Assembly (NCBI GenBank): GCA_012026655.1
Contig: JAAILG010000301.1
Coordinates: 1 to 64,000, forward strand
From: Hydrolagus affinis
Lineage: Eukaryota
Direction of reading: 5' to 3'
Length of the DNA: 64,000 bases
How positions within the stretch are numbered: the first letter of the stretch is position 1; each line of letters starts with the position of its first letter. Under the pieces are notes generated by a model. The model was not told where the DNA came from. It ran no database searches and was given only the letters and a program-made list of their open reading frames with translations. The position numbers and the translations under genes are program-made. This document shows, one piece after another, positions 1 to 13,316 of this stretch.

Positions 1-248
1 GGCCTACTCCTGCTCCTAATTCTTATGTTCTTAAATAGGGCATAGGCCTAATAATAATCCCTTGGGGGGAAAAAACAATAATAGTTTGGTAATTTCAATC
101 CACGCTTGTTGTTACTGTGAATAATTGGCTGCCGTGTTTCGCCTACAAATATACAGTCAATTCACTTTACATTATATTCCGTGAAGCACTTTGAAACATT
201 TCGAAGATGTGAAATGCGCTCTATCAATTGCAAGCATGATTATTATTG
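1..248 (+). mobile_element. CR1-type LINE 3' end followed by SINE 3' half
   Basis: ggcctactcctgctcctaattcttatgttct tail, then SINE body and tail. Confidence 0.75.
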
Positions 249-921
249 GAAAGTGAGATCAGTGTAATTCATACCTATCATGTTTATAATTGAATGGATG
301 TGAATTGCACTGCCCCTGAAACAATCTTCTCTTGGTTTTGCGAAGTAGGACTCCAGTGTGATTCACACTTGCTCTTCAATTATAGGTAGCATGTCTCTCA
401 CTGTCAAGCATGCAATACAGTAAAGTCTCCTGATTTTTTATTAATTATAATTATACGCAGATGTGTGTCGATGGGTATTATCTTTAAACGATCTATTTAA
501 TAGAATAAATTGATTATAATTAGTTATTTTTATATGTGTACATATCTATGGCATGTTCATGGAATCTGCTGTCTATTCCAAAGGAATCAAAAGAGATATT
601 TTCTTCAGCTCCGGGATTCATTTTGAAAAAGTATCTCTTTCTGCTTTCTATACGCTATTCCCATCAAACAACCTATCTGAGATGATGAAAATATATCTAA
701 CCACTTACTGTGACCAATAGACCTAGAATTAGAATTTTAGATTTCCTTCTGGGGTCGGGGTCTTTAGCTATTCTGTCAATTCTACAGTGGTTTGGAATTA
801 GAAAGTAGCACCTTGGGATGTCTTCATGACGTGAAAGGCGCTATCCAAGTGTAATTGTTGTTAATTGGAAAATATAATTGGCATTTGCATTGTACTGAGT
901 TTTCCATTTATTTTTTCCTAG

Positions 922-1086
922 GTATATGTGGAATTTGATGACTTAGAATGGGAAAACCGGGAATGGGTTAAAGTTTATGAAGATTTCCAGATTTTCTTGG
1001 TGGAGGACCAGCTGGTGTGGGCTAAGAGAAAGAACCCCAGCCAGTCTCAGGGATCAAAGAATAAGCTGATTCAGTGGCCTGCTTTG
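922..1086 (+). CDS. JMJD1C: JMJD1C coding exon 2 (exon 1 upstream of window)
   Basis: ttcctag|GTA...TTG|gtgagt; 165 nt, phase 0/0; VYVEFDDLEWENREWVKVYEDF...QWPAL matches the KDM3B/JMJD1C N-terminal domain. Confidence 0.96.
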
Positions 1087-3227
1087 GTGAGTAACATACA
1101 CAGTCAGTTCTGTTTAAGACATTTCCAAACAACATGTATGTTATAATTGATGGACTAAATACTTTTAATAATAATTTGTTCCATATGAAAACAAAGTCAC
1201 TTATCTGAAAGAAACAATTAACTGTGTTGGAACTTATTTGGGGACATTGTTGGCTGAAACACTGGCATTCACTATATTCTAAAGATTTTGTATCTTTCAG
1301 CAAAGCACATGAAGGCTCAAAAAATACCATCTTTACTCAATAGATAAAACCATGTTTTATAAAAGATTGAATCCCTTTCTGGTGGAGTGGTAAATGGGAA
1401 ATCAAACGGAACATCCATTCTGGTAGTCTATTTTGACCGTGCCTACGTCTGTCTTCCTACCTCTTTGCTCCCTCTCATCCCAATAGTGCACCACCACCCC
1501 CCGTTATGGTGTTGAACAGATTGTTCAGTGTTTTCCCGACATGAAGGGCGCTCCACAAATGTAATTTTGTTGTTGATAATGCTTGTATTTTTCCTATCTC
1601 CTTTTCATTTGGTTCTGGTTTGTCTACTTTCTATCTCTTTCTTACTGGAATTCTCTATGTGGAATGATGTTTAACAATTGGAATTCCCTGTTCTTAGATT
1701 CACATTACAATACACTGCAGCCTGAAATGCTTGCCTAAACAACTTTCTGTTGACCTGTTCACCTTGAGCTGGGGATCCTTAGCAGTTGACAAACACTACT
1801 TGCCTTTTCATGGCTAATTTCTAAGCCTCTGTGTTTTTACATTGAGGCTATGAGGATTGATCTAGCAATACCGGTATTCGTTGCCGGGTGATTATGGAAT
1901 TAACTGAAATAAATATTTCTGAGCATAAACCACAGTATGTGATACTGATACAGTATTTAGCAAGCTTGTTACTTTGTATGTCAAAAATATAATAAAATTA
2001 AGTAGATTTTTAATTATAATTTAATTTTAAAAATAAAATTCCATGTGAATAACATATTTTCATCTCATGGATTCTTTTTTAAAAAAAAGAACATGACTTA
2101 CAAGAAACAAAATTACGAAGGAATTATTACAATCATCCTCATTAGAGGATGAAACATATTTTTCCAAAGTTACCTGCTTTAATGAAAGATTTTAATGAAT
2201 ACAAGTTTTACTGAGGACTATTAAGCATGAAAGGCCCTGGAGATATACTTAAAACTAGCCAAGTGTCACAATTTTTGTTGCTTTCCCTTTCAATACTTCT
2301 CTCAAATACTAACATTAGCATCTTTCAACAGAGGGAATCAAGGCCAAAAATTAAGTTTCTATTTAACAGTTTCATACGGTGTCTCAAACTTTATTCAGAA
2401 TTTTTTTTAAATTGTCTTCATGACAAACATGTGAAGCAATGCCATAATTGTATCAAAAGCATCTTATCATTGGTTGTGAACAGCCTCATTGTGACAAAAA
2501 AGACACAATAGGTTTTTTGACAAACATTAACAATTAGCTCAACACATGAAAACAGCATAAGGGATATGTAGCATGGCTTTAAGTTATTTCTAAAGAAGTA
2601 AGAAGTCTCAATCACAGCCAGTATGATTTAGACCTTAAATCGTTAACTAAAAAGTAATAATATTTGGGGCCAACAGCTAAATTGTTAAGCCTAAAACCAT
2701 GTTTTGGACATTTCTGAATGGTAGTGAAGCAGTAATATTATTCTGTGCATAATCATAGGAATAAAAAAAAGTCTTGAAGATAAAATCAATATCAGTGGTA
2801 TGATTGTACTTTATTTTTATAATGGTTAAAGAAAATTGGACAATGTGTGGTTTATGATAGTTTAACTACTAATCTGTCAGGTTATCCATTTCTGGTATTA
2901 TAAATGAATCTTGATGAGCACATTTGTGTGAGCATCCCGTGGATGTCCGTTCAGCTCTTTTCAATACTTGTTCTCCATTGCGGTGAATGACTGGTTAATC
3001 ATTTACTGAAGTTAAGTGGTTGACCTCAGCTAACCTCAGAGTGTATGTGATTCATTTTGGCAAAATAGCTTTCTTCTCTGACAGGCTGGTGTGATCTATT
3101 ATTGCCTAAATTATCTTTGCGTCTATGCAGTCAGAGGTTTCTGGCATGTAAACATGAAACAAAACACAAGTTTACTCAAGTTTTCAAATTCAAGCATTAT
3201 CATTAGGAAGATCTACATATTATGGCA

Positions 3228-3320
3228 CAAAAACAGAAGTTGCTAGGGAAACTCAGCAGGTCAGGCAGCATCCATGGAGAAAGGAGAAGGAGTCAACGTT
3301 TCGGGTCTACAACCCTTTGT
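3228..3320 (-). mobile_element. Short retroelement terminal fragment (Penelope-like) with 12-bp TSD
   Basis: catattatggca at 3216-3227 and 3321-3332; interior actcagcaggtcaggcagcatc is a common shark repeat end. Confidence 0.7.
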
Positions 3321-5264
3321 CATATTATGGCATTGCTTGTAGAACTACCAGTTTTGTGATAAGGAGGAATGAACTGGAGTTTTTATAGTAAATAAATGTC
3401 ATATTTTCTAAATTAGCATTCAGAAGTTTTTGTCAAAGCTGAGACTGTTGAATGTGTCAATGGTTACCATAGGAACTGCAAAAAAAACACTAAAATGGTT
3501 GGTATTACGCGAGATCCAACTTTGATACAGTATATTGATTGGGGGATAAGGAAGGTGTCATAACAAAATGAGTATGAACATTAATGTACCAACAATTATA
3601 AAATTAGCAATATCCTAATTTTATTCTTATTCCATCATAATTAACAATGATTATACAACCTGTTCTGTTTGGTGATTGAATTTAAAAATAATGGTATCTA
3701 CTCTTGTCACCTGAAGCTATATCTCATGTATTCCAAATTTGTTTTGAACTAGTGAACTAGAGATACAATTTGGCTAATTATTACAGAAATTGCCTTAATG
3801 TAACCAGAAATACAAGAGCAATGATTTCTTTAAGGTACTTGTATTTTATATTCCTGATTCTCCTCCATTCATGATAGAGGCAGTGGGTAAGCAGGGTCTC
3901 CTTGGAGCTGAGTTGGCTCCAAGGTGATGTGTTTGGTAAAGGAATGTTGGAATCAAATCAAACCTCTGTGGTGGTCCCAGCAGTCCGGTTCCTGAGCAAG
4001 AATGTTCCGCAGTACTTCCAAAACACTGAGCTAGGCTGGCTCGTCAGCAGAATAGTCACTGGGCAGGGATTCTTCCCACTCGGCTCCTGGTAACCCTGCA
4101 GACCAAAGCTCTAATGCTTAGGATGGCCCTAGCTGGACAAGCAGCAGAGAGATTGCCAGAAAGTCAAGGTGTCAGCTGCTTAAATTCTGCAATACCCGAG
4201 TGTATTCTCTGGGGTCTCCAAGCCTTGCTTCTTGATAAACTGAGCCTAATGTTCTCTGTACCTGGGTAAGCAAGGTGTGTCTCTCCAGGAGAAAAAGTGT
4301 GCATTAAATTTCAGTTTGGGGAAATTTCTATGCATCTGTGCATCTGTATCTGGTGTAGATTCTCTTAAATCTGCTGATGAGTTTCTATGTGAGTCATTCC
4401 CTTGTTGATGAAGAAAATAGGCATTTCATACTTGCTATTAATTTTTGGTTCTTGTTTTTTCCTTTAGTACTTTAACAGGTTTTCATAAAACGTACATATT
4501 AAAGGATCTGATTATCACAGAATATCTGTAATGAATGTGAGCTAATAGGCAATAAATCAGAGGACCAAGAAATGTTGCTAATATTCAGAGATGATAATGT
4601 AATGAGGTACTAGGATCTTGAAACACATACTGTAATGTATACACTTCGAATTTGCAATTTTTAGGGGTTTAAGCACATTTTATTTGCTCCTGCCAAATAT
4701 TATGGCAAACAATGACAGACATGGGTCTGTCATTTATGCATTTGAATTCTCTTGTCATTTTACTTTTGTAATTCCTACTAGATATGTCCACAATCTCAGC
4801 CAGCTCATTAGACCAGCTCATTAGACCAGCTGAGGAACCAAACCAACATGGGCCTTCCTTTCTTGTGCACCTGTCAGTGGTTAGATTAACAACGGCAAAA
4901 ATCTAAACCAAACTGCGCCAACCCTCTCTGGGCCAAAATAGGGGAACTAACTAGAAAAATAATTATGCAATGCAATATATTTTCAGCTCTAATGTCAAGT
5001 TGATTTCAGTAGTAGGTTAACGCAGATGGTCTTGCAATGATGAGGTGGTATCACAATCCATACACGGAAAATGAAGTTTTCGAGATGACTTCTCATAATC
5101 TGTGTGAAATGACAGCATTCATTTTGTGTTACTTACCAGGTTCCATATAATCTACTTTTTTAGCATTAGTTCTTTAGTTTATTAAATATAAATTTGATAG
5201 ATCCTCATTTCTTATGAATATACTATTTCTGTGTTCAGTTTTTTTTTATTAGTTAAGTGAATGA

Positions 5265-5520
5265 CCAATTTTATCTGGGGGATTGTTGGATTAGACACTG
5301 GGAGAAATTCCCTTCTCTTTCAAATAGTGCTATAGGATCTTTTAATGTCCACCTGAACAGGCATCTCATTGAAAGAACAGCATCTTCAATAATACAGCTT
5401 TCCCCCAGCACTTGTCTGGAACGACAGCCTGGATTATGTGAATTCCAAGTCTCAGGAAGCAACTCAAATCCATAATCTTATGACTCAGAGGTGAGAATGG
5501 TGCCAATTGAGACAGTATGT
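5265..5520 (-). mobile_element. Ancient Deu-domain SINE (SacSINE1/AmnSINE1-like) relic
   Basis: aaatagtgctataggatcttttaatgtccacctga...tctcattgaaagaacagcatc resembles recalled Deu core; similar relic at ~33480-33650. Confidence 0.65.
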
Positions 5521-8500
5521 CACCTATTATTCAATAAACAACATTGTCTAATTGAAACACAATAAGTGCTTGAAATATTGATATTTAAAATAGAGCACTT
5601 TCAAGTAGGAGTAGACCATTGACCCTTCATGCAATTTCACATAATTAAGTGTAAGTTTTTTTTTAAAAATGTCTAAGGCAATGCAATTTGTACTACAATA
5701 GTTTGTGCATTTTTCATTGTGAAATATCATAAGTTCTTCCAAAACATCTTTCTTAAAGGAAATATACATATATATTGTATATAAGTAAGTGCATATATTT
5801 CCTATATATATATATATAGGAAAAAATGAAATGGAAAGTAATGTTATTTGAGTTGTCCAATGTTTCTGTTCTCTAATGTCAATGTGAATACAGATCTGTT
5901 TAAGAATGTTTTACGCACTTTTATGCAAATTCTTTACTTAGGCCTGTAGGTCTTCGGAAAGTGGAAGTGAGAAACTGTGGTTTTCCTGTGTGTTGTACAT
6001 ATTTGTTAAATATTGTATGCCTTCTGATAAAGGTCACATGTTTTATAGTGCATGATCCTTCCACACAAGATGTTTATCTTCTAGGGGATTTAACTGCTGT
6101 CATTTTTTTAAAAAAAATTTGACCGCCAAGAACCTTTCAGTAGGTTGAACTCTGGACAGTTAATTAAATATTTGTGGAATCGTTAACAGTCAATATGAGG
6201 CAGGTGATCGCTATAGTTCCACAGACCAGAAGCAAGCAAATGTGATTCCCATTTTCAAGAAGGATAACACTTGGAAACTGTATATCTTTTAGCCTCATTT
6301 CATTAATTAGAAAGCTGAAATTAATAAATTCAATACACAACAGGTTCCAACTGTTACTTAAGGCTACACATTGTGCTTTTTTATGCTCATGTGCAAGTGA
6401 ATAAAATTGAATGTCATGTAAAGGTGTTTTATACATTAAGGGAGAAAACTATCTTTGATGCAAGCCTGAGTCAGCAGACAGCAACTACTTTTCCCTTAAG
6501 AAAATCCTGTGAAGGTTACATGGAGGCATTTTTATGAGTCACATAAATTACTAAATTCATGCTGAGTTGGCTTGCAATGCTAATGTATGATGTTTCCCAG
6601 AACAGTGAGAGTAATTTCTGACTAGACGTGATTATTGTTTAAATGAATAACTTTTAGAAATATGATCCAGTGGTTTACAAAATGTAGATTTACATAAAAG
6701 AATTATGTAATGTGGTGAGTTGGTTTATCAGATCATTGTATTTTTCTTGAGTAATGTACAGTACATTGTATCAGAATAAAGATACTTTGTTTACTTTCCT
6801 CTGAAATACTGTACTTGAAGTTCCAGTATAATTAAAAGTTGCATTTATAAAGCACTTCATGTTAGGAGGATATTTCAAACTGCTTATATTTTTATGACAA
6901 GACAATGGCTTTTTGTACAATAGTAGTTATTCAGACCCTGTCTCTCCTCCACTAAGGATTGTGAGCCTTTTATCCCCATCCTCGCCTGGCTCCACTGGCT
7001 CACCATTTTGAGGTTAAGGTTCAAGATCTCATTCTCACTTAAATCTGTCAAGATCCTTCTCGTTGACTGCGCCCTTTGCCCCCCCCCCCACCCACCAAAT
7101 CCACAACCCGGGATCATGCCTCAAGTGCCTAGCCTCATGGGATGTTCTTCTTGCATGCAATTTGTTATTGCTATTAGTTTTGATTCCAGAATATTATAAA
7201 CAGTAACACAGATGTTATTGTGTAATATACTGAAGTTTGATGTCAGATGCTATGTTCTTATTAATTCACAAAGGAGGAATTCCTTTCCCACATTATATTT
7301 CATCGAGCCTACAGATGCAGAGTTGACCTTTTAAAATCAGTTTATCAGATGTGGTGGCTGGGGTGAGCGTCTGAGACACCTTTCAACCACGCCAAGTGGT
7401 GTCTCAAAATGATAAATACAATTTAGATCTAGTTTAGATTGTGCTCCATGGCAGGAAAAAAAGCCCTACTTTTTTTTCCTAATATGAATAACTAAATAAA
7501 TATGAGTCATGTCCAATTGCTTTGTAATGATACATGTAAAGAAAAACATTTATTTCTGAATGCTATCAGACAGATTGTAGTTTTCCACAGAACATATTGC
7601 TAAAACAGATATTCTTATACTTATTGCTCTCCTTCTGTTGAGTTTTTAAATTTCATTTTCTGAACAGCAACATTTTAGATATACTGTACTGCTAAATTCA
7701 GATCAGTTTCATGTACTGTATTACAATTAGGCCCAAAAGTATTTTTTATGGGTATGTTAGAACTGATTTTTAGCTTTTTTCTAACAACACAATAAAATAA
7801 AAACTTTTATTTTGAGACAAGATTTTGATTCTCCCCGCCCCAGAAAATATGAGGGCCATAATTTTTATTTTCATTTAGACTCATTGTTTATTTGGGTGCT
7901 ATTCTTAATGTTTCAATAATGGTGAAAAACTGGACTGTAAACCAGGGATCTTGTTATAAATGGCAGAGGGTGAGATGAAATGGGTTTTGGATCTATCTAT
8001 GGCCATTTTTGATATGGCTTTACGATAACCCAAGGCGGAATGAAAGGAGTGATTCCTGCTCCCTTTTTCCTCCCCACCCACTACCAACACAGAACACCTT
8101 GCCTCCCTGTTGTGTCCCATCTGCTTTTGCAGCTTGGTTGAGAACTAATAGCTTCACTCAATTTCAATAAATGAATTCAAGTCTCGTGCCAAGATTATAT
8201 AGCTGAAAGCAATCTAGGATTTATATTCTCCATTGTGCTTGCCAGGGCCTGAGAAGTGCTGTGCATATGGCTAACTTGAGTAGAGCTTGCTACTTTATTG
8301 TTAAAATATGGCATTTAAATAAAATCAAAAACTCTGGCTGTTTTCTTCCCCTCCTGAATTCACCCCCCCACCCCTACCCCAAGCTCGGTTGCAGACTATC
8401 AACATCCCCTTGCCTTAAGACATCCTTTCTACATGAAAGGTGCTATATACATGCAAATTGTTTTGAGTTTGAGCAGACTGCCCCAAAAATATTAAGGGAC

Positions 8501-10169
8501 ATGTTTTATAGCAATGATTAAATTGATTCAGATTGCCTATATTTTATACGGTGGTGGTGTGAACTGATATCCTGGGGAATTCTTTGTGACAACGTGGGAC
8601 TTTGTGCAGAAATTAGCACAAATGTATTTCACTTCAAAGCTCAAAGTAGTACAAACAACAGCCTTCTGGGTTCAGCACTGTAATTTGAGTTCACTTACTT
8701 CAGTTGGAAAAAAAACTATTTATTAGTTCTTCGTCAGGCTACCAAATGGAAATGTTAGGAAAGCCAAGTTTCCGAATGTGAGCGAGGAAGAAAACTTAAT
8801 TTCCCAGCCTGATCTGGTTGAATTGTTCTTCCCAAATGTAGCTCTTCAGCAGCTGAGCTTTACATTGTTGACAGTTATGGTGCTATAAACTCCTTAGCCT
8901 TCAGAATGCTATAATTAAAAGCAGAATATACTGCGCTGAGTTGGCTCATGGATGCAACAAGCCTCATTGCCCCTGGGTTGGGATGGACAAATCAACCAAG
9001 GTTCCTGTACATAATCACTTTCCACAGCAATCCTGCTGCAAAGTGAAGACAGGTTGGGGCGCTATGCTAGTCAAATAGTTTGCCGAAACCCTCAAAGCTT
9101 ACATATGAATAAAGGCCCGTTGTGCAATGTACCAGAGAGCATCCCAGCATCAGTGGTACTATACTCCAGTAGCAATTAAGGAGTCTGTTTTCATTGGGAG
9201 AATGAGAATATTTGTGCATTTCATTGTTTCCCCTTCTGCCTTTAAAACCAAATCTGTAGCTCAATTATGACTGTAACCTGGTGCTTAAGCAGAGTGGGTT
9301 TTATATGTAAAGTTGTTTCCCTAGAAATACAGGGAAAGCACTTTCCCTGGAGCACTTTACAGTAAAATCTTGTTTGGTGCTTTTAGATGTGATTGCATTA
9401 TCTATTGAGAAATTTGCAACCTACGAGTGACTCTGAAGCTGATAGTTATGAAGTCTTTGCCTGCCGGTGGTGCATACAGTCGTGGCTTATTGACTATACT
9501 TTTCGGTAAACTTTCTGACACTCCTAGACACTTTGTAACAGCTGCAAAATACATTGCTTTCAAGTTGAATGTAGTGCCAGATCATTAGAATAAACAATAC
9601 AATTCCTCCCAATGTCTAAAATAGTTAAATAATTGCATCACTTAATACATTTCTGGCCCTAGACTGGTTTGGCTGTTACTCCAGAAGAATAAGTTACGCA
9701 TTGCTGTTACAAGCATTTCGCTGGCAGTTTGCCAAATTGTTATTGAAGATCACGAATGATTTGCTAAAACGGAGCACTATGTTCTGTTGATCCCATAGGA
9801 GGCTGGTTGTCCAGAGCAGACAAAGAGCTCTCTGTGTTCAGGTTTCTGGTACGGAACCTCTCACGCAATTTTTGCCCGTTTTCAGCACAGACCAGATGGC
9901 TTTTTAAAAGGGGTCACGTTATGTGGGATCATCACAAGTGAATATAAGCATTAGGATTTCAATCGCGACAGAGTAGCTTACTCAGTTAACGCTAGAAAAT
10001 ATTTTTAAATGAATGTTTGGATCCTCTTGTATTACCATTCGTGAATAACGTTAGTATTTATTGCCAAAGACTGCGACTTGCAGTTAGCGGTAAGGACACT
10101 GTTCATTTAAAATCCTTCAGATTGTGTGTATTCATTTCTGAAAACATCTGAAGTGTTGGCTCCGCTCTA

Positions 10170-11330
10170 CCTCACAGCAGCCAGAAAACGTCCGTGTTAA
10201 TGGATTCGTTTTGAATCGTGTTTTTCGAGCCCTATTTAAACCTTCATAGAGGCTTGTTTTGTTTGCAGTGGAACTAGAGTTAAAACATTGTCAGGCTTGA
10301 CATTCATCTGGGCTGGGGGACGGCGGACACGTTGGCCTTGTCCCACCCCTCAGTTAGGCAATGAGTAATCTCGCTCAGCAACTGGAAGTGACTGTATTGC
10401 CTGCCACCTGTGACTCCAGTTCAGTTTACAGAGCGCCGCCCCTTTCCGCTTCGACCAAATTATCTGCCTCCCCTCCCCCCATCCTTTTACCTCCCCTCCC
10501 CCCCACCCCCCAATTTTTTTTTCCAATTGTTACAGCACGGGATGGATTGAAGGCAAATCGAGCAAATGTCGATTGCAGCCTGTGACGCTGTGCGTCCAGG
10601 GTTTAGAGTGTGTTCTGTGTGCCTCCCCCCCCCCTCTGGTTGCTTGTTTTCCGTTTGGGATGATTGGTTAGGCTGCCAGTGCGAGTGTAATCTTGGTGAC
10701 CCAGATCTCCCCAGTCAGTCAGGGCAACAGTTGCGGGGTTTCTCATTCGTTGGCAGTGGGTAGTGATGACAAAGGCAGATCAGTAACACACACACTCTCT
10801 GCTCCCAGGCTGCAGACACACGCCTGGTCTGTGGTCTGGTCTGGAGCAGGTCGTCGCCGGAGCTGTGTTTATTGTGTGTTTTTTCGAAAAAAAACACGAG
10901 TGGGAATCTGATTTCTGTTATTTGCAGTTGAAAATATGTTGAATCGCGAGTTGGTGGAGTACAGCTGGCCGTTTTCAAACGTTTTGATGATTTACGGACC
11001 GTTCACTGACCCCGCGGTTGAACATGATCTGATCTGATCGGAAATCCCTCTCCAGCCTGAGCCTTGTGGCCTGTTTGTATCACCACTATCCGGACTGGAC
11101 TTCGGCTCCGGGGAAAACAGTTTTGTTTTTTGCAGTCTTGTTCCTTTTTTTCGCGCGAGGATCGCATCGTCTCGATAGGTGGGTAATAGTCCTAATCATT
11201 CGAGTCCGGTTGCAACGAATAGAATATCTTATCTGTTCGAGAGGCTGGTGTTTAACACCAGGCTAATGGTTCGTTTCACACATCAATATACGTATTTAGA
11301 AACGTGGTCGATGGTCAAGTATAATAACCG
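10170..11330 (+). promoter_or_regulatory. CpG-enriched internal promoter / alternative 5' exon region in JMJD1C intron 2
   Basis: Visibly higher CpG and GC than flanks, no TE signature; CCAAT/ATTGG, CCCACCC and GCCGCCC motifs; donor gatag|gtgggt at 11178/11179. Confidence 0.65.
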
Positions 11331-11669
11331 ATAAAGCCTGAAAAACGCCATATATCTTGGTTTGGTGGCAGTACTGCTAGATATCAACTCTAGGATACAG
11401 TATTGAAGGGCTGGCTGTGTAGATTGAATGTACTGACTGACTTATATGGGCTCTGGAATTCCAATATGTCGGCTTGATCAAAATGGATTGTCGTCCAAGC
11501 ACAAGGTATTGAGGCTATTCTATCTTATGTGTGTTAGTACATGCAATGCAAGTACAATACAAACAATTCCTGTGTTGTTTTGTTTTCACCATTTGTGGCT
11601 GAAAACCTGCAATACCATGTGTAACTAACTTCACATCAGTTATACAGCATCAGAGCAGCTACAGTTAGA

Positions 11670-11790
11670 ATAATAACAATAATAATTATCCTTGCATTTG
11701 ATATAGCGCTTTTCACGTCTTCTGGACGTCCCAAAACGTTTCACAGAATATTACCGTAAAGTGAATTGACTGTACCTGAGTGAAAAACAG
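11670..11790 (-). mobile_element. SINE 3' fragment
   Basis: Reverse complement of tail gacgtgaaaagcgctatatcaaatgcaaggat. Confidence 0.85.
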
Positions 11791-11974
11791 TTATTTCAAA
11801 TCAGTAAATTTGTTCGTTTGGCACAACAATAAATATTTATAGCAAATAAACTAATGAGATAGTAGTTATTTCATGGACAACCTTGCTGTTTTTTTGTTCT
11901 TCAGCAGTAACAACTTCCACTGTTTATGTACAAAAACATAATAACTCACTTAAGACTGCTTTTATATAACATAT

Positions 11975-12275
11975 GTGGAGTCCTGTAGCTCAGTGGTTAG
12001 AGCACTCGCCTTACAAGCAGGAGACTTGGGTTCGATTCCAGGCAGGGCAAAACCCTGGGTAAGTTTCCTTACTTCACATTCCTGATCATAAATCCTAACA
12101 TAATAATAAATTGGTCATTTTAATCCACGACTGTTTGTGGGACACTGCTGTGTGCAATTGTCTGCCACGTTTCACCCACGTATATTCAGTCATTTCACTT
12201 TTTCAGTATATTCTGTGAAATGTTTGAGACGTCTAGAAGGCATGAAAAGCACTATATCAAATGGTAGGATAATTA
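11975..12275 (+). mobile_element. Full-length tRNA-derived SINE
   Basis: Box A tagctcagtggttagagc, box B ggttcgattcc, LINE-like tail; many copies in window. Confidence 0.9.
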
Positions 12276-13006
12276 TATGTCAGAAGTGTTTATTTTGGTT
12301 TACTGATAACTACATTTGGAATTTGGTGAATATTGTCACTTGATTAAAGTATGTAATTTTTCTATTTCCTTTTTTTACAACAAACAATAAAATTACATTT
12401 TAACTAACAACTCATCTGTTCTGCTGTTTTCATGTGCATGGAATGTAGTACAGCACCAAACCCCAAACAGGATACAGTTGTTGCAGGCATTTCCGTAGTC
12501 AAAATATCATGTAGACTATAAAGAATGTAGCAGTCTTGCAAATCTGAATATCTGTTTGATTTAAGACTACTGTACTACAAAGAAATGCATCTTGGGTAGA
12601 ATTGCATTATCTTGTTTACCAATAGAAGATTGTAATGCAGGTTAGTAACAGACTTCATCATTCAACTATTAGTAGCCATGTCAGAGTTATGAGTCAGCAT
12701 TTCAGCGCCTTGGGACGTACTCCCGACGTGATTTTGTAATTTTGTATGTATTTATTGCTGGTTTATTTTGTCACTTTACTTATGTTCACCTTCTGTTTCT
12801 GTACTGTACACTGGTTACTGCTTGATAACACTGCATTTGTGGAACCAGAAATGTATGTTACAATGGCCTGATATTTTTATTTAAATCATGGGTACATACA
12901 GTATATTGAGTGATACAGCTTTACAACCCTTTAATAACCCTATACAGTACTCTGGAGCTCAGCCAATGTCTCTTAATATTCCATTGCACTTGCTCATGAA
13001 ATATTA

Positions 13007-13316
13007 GGAGTCCTGTTGCTCAGTGGTCAGAGCACTCGTCTTGCAAGCGAGTGACCTGGGTTCATTTCCAGGCAGGGCAAAATCTTGGGCAAGTTTCCTT
13101 ACTCCACACACCTAATAATAACCCCAAATAAAAATATTTTTAAAATTGTTACTCAATCCACGATTGTTTGTGGGACACTGCTGTGCACAACTGGCTTCCC
13201 CATTTCCTCACAAAATATGCAGTCAATTCACTTTATAGTAGATTTTGTGAAATACTTTGAGACATCTAGAAAACGTGAATGACGTGAATAGTGCTATATC
13301 AAATGCAAGTATTATT
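13007..13316 (+). mobile_element. Full-length tRNA-derived SINE
   Basis: Same family as 11975. Confidence 0.9.

Noticed and set aside
4711-4734. 10-bp hairpin (similar 9-bp ones at 3900 and 57586)
   Set aside because: Short stems of this size are not compelling in 64 kb and have no supporting context.
5798-5823. 26-bp perfect palindrome tttcc(ta)8ggaaa
   Set aside because: Mostly a TA microsatellite; expected by chance.
8920-9090. Old dispersed repeat also near 22020, 23850 and 62760
   Set aside because: Too degraded to delimit or name reliably.
1022-9264. Numerous 60-100 aa ORFs in the track
   Set aside because: Intronic, AT-rich, no recognisable domains; consistent with random ORFs.
11975-12045. 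tRNA-like sequence with A and B boxes
   Set aside because: It is the head of a multi-copy SINE and continues into the SINE body and tail; not a tRNA gene.
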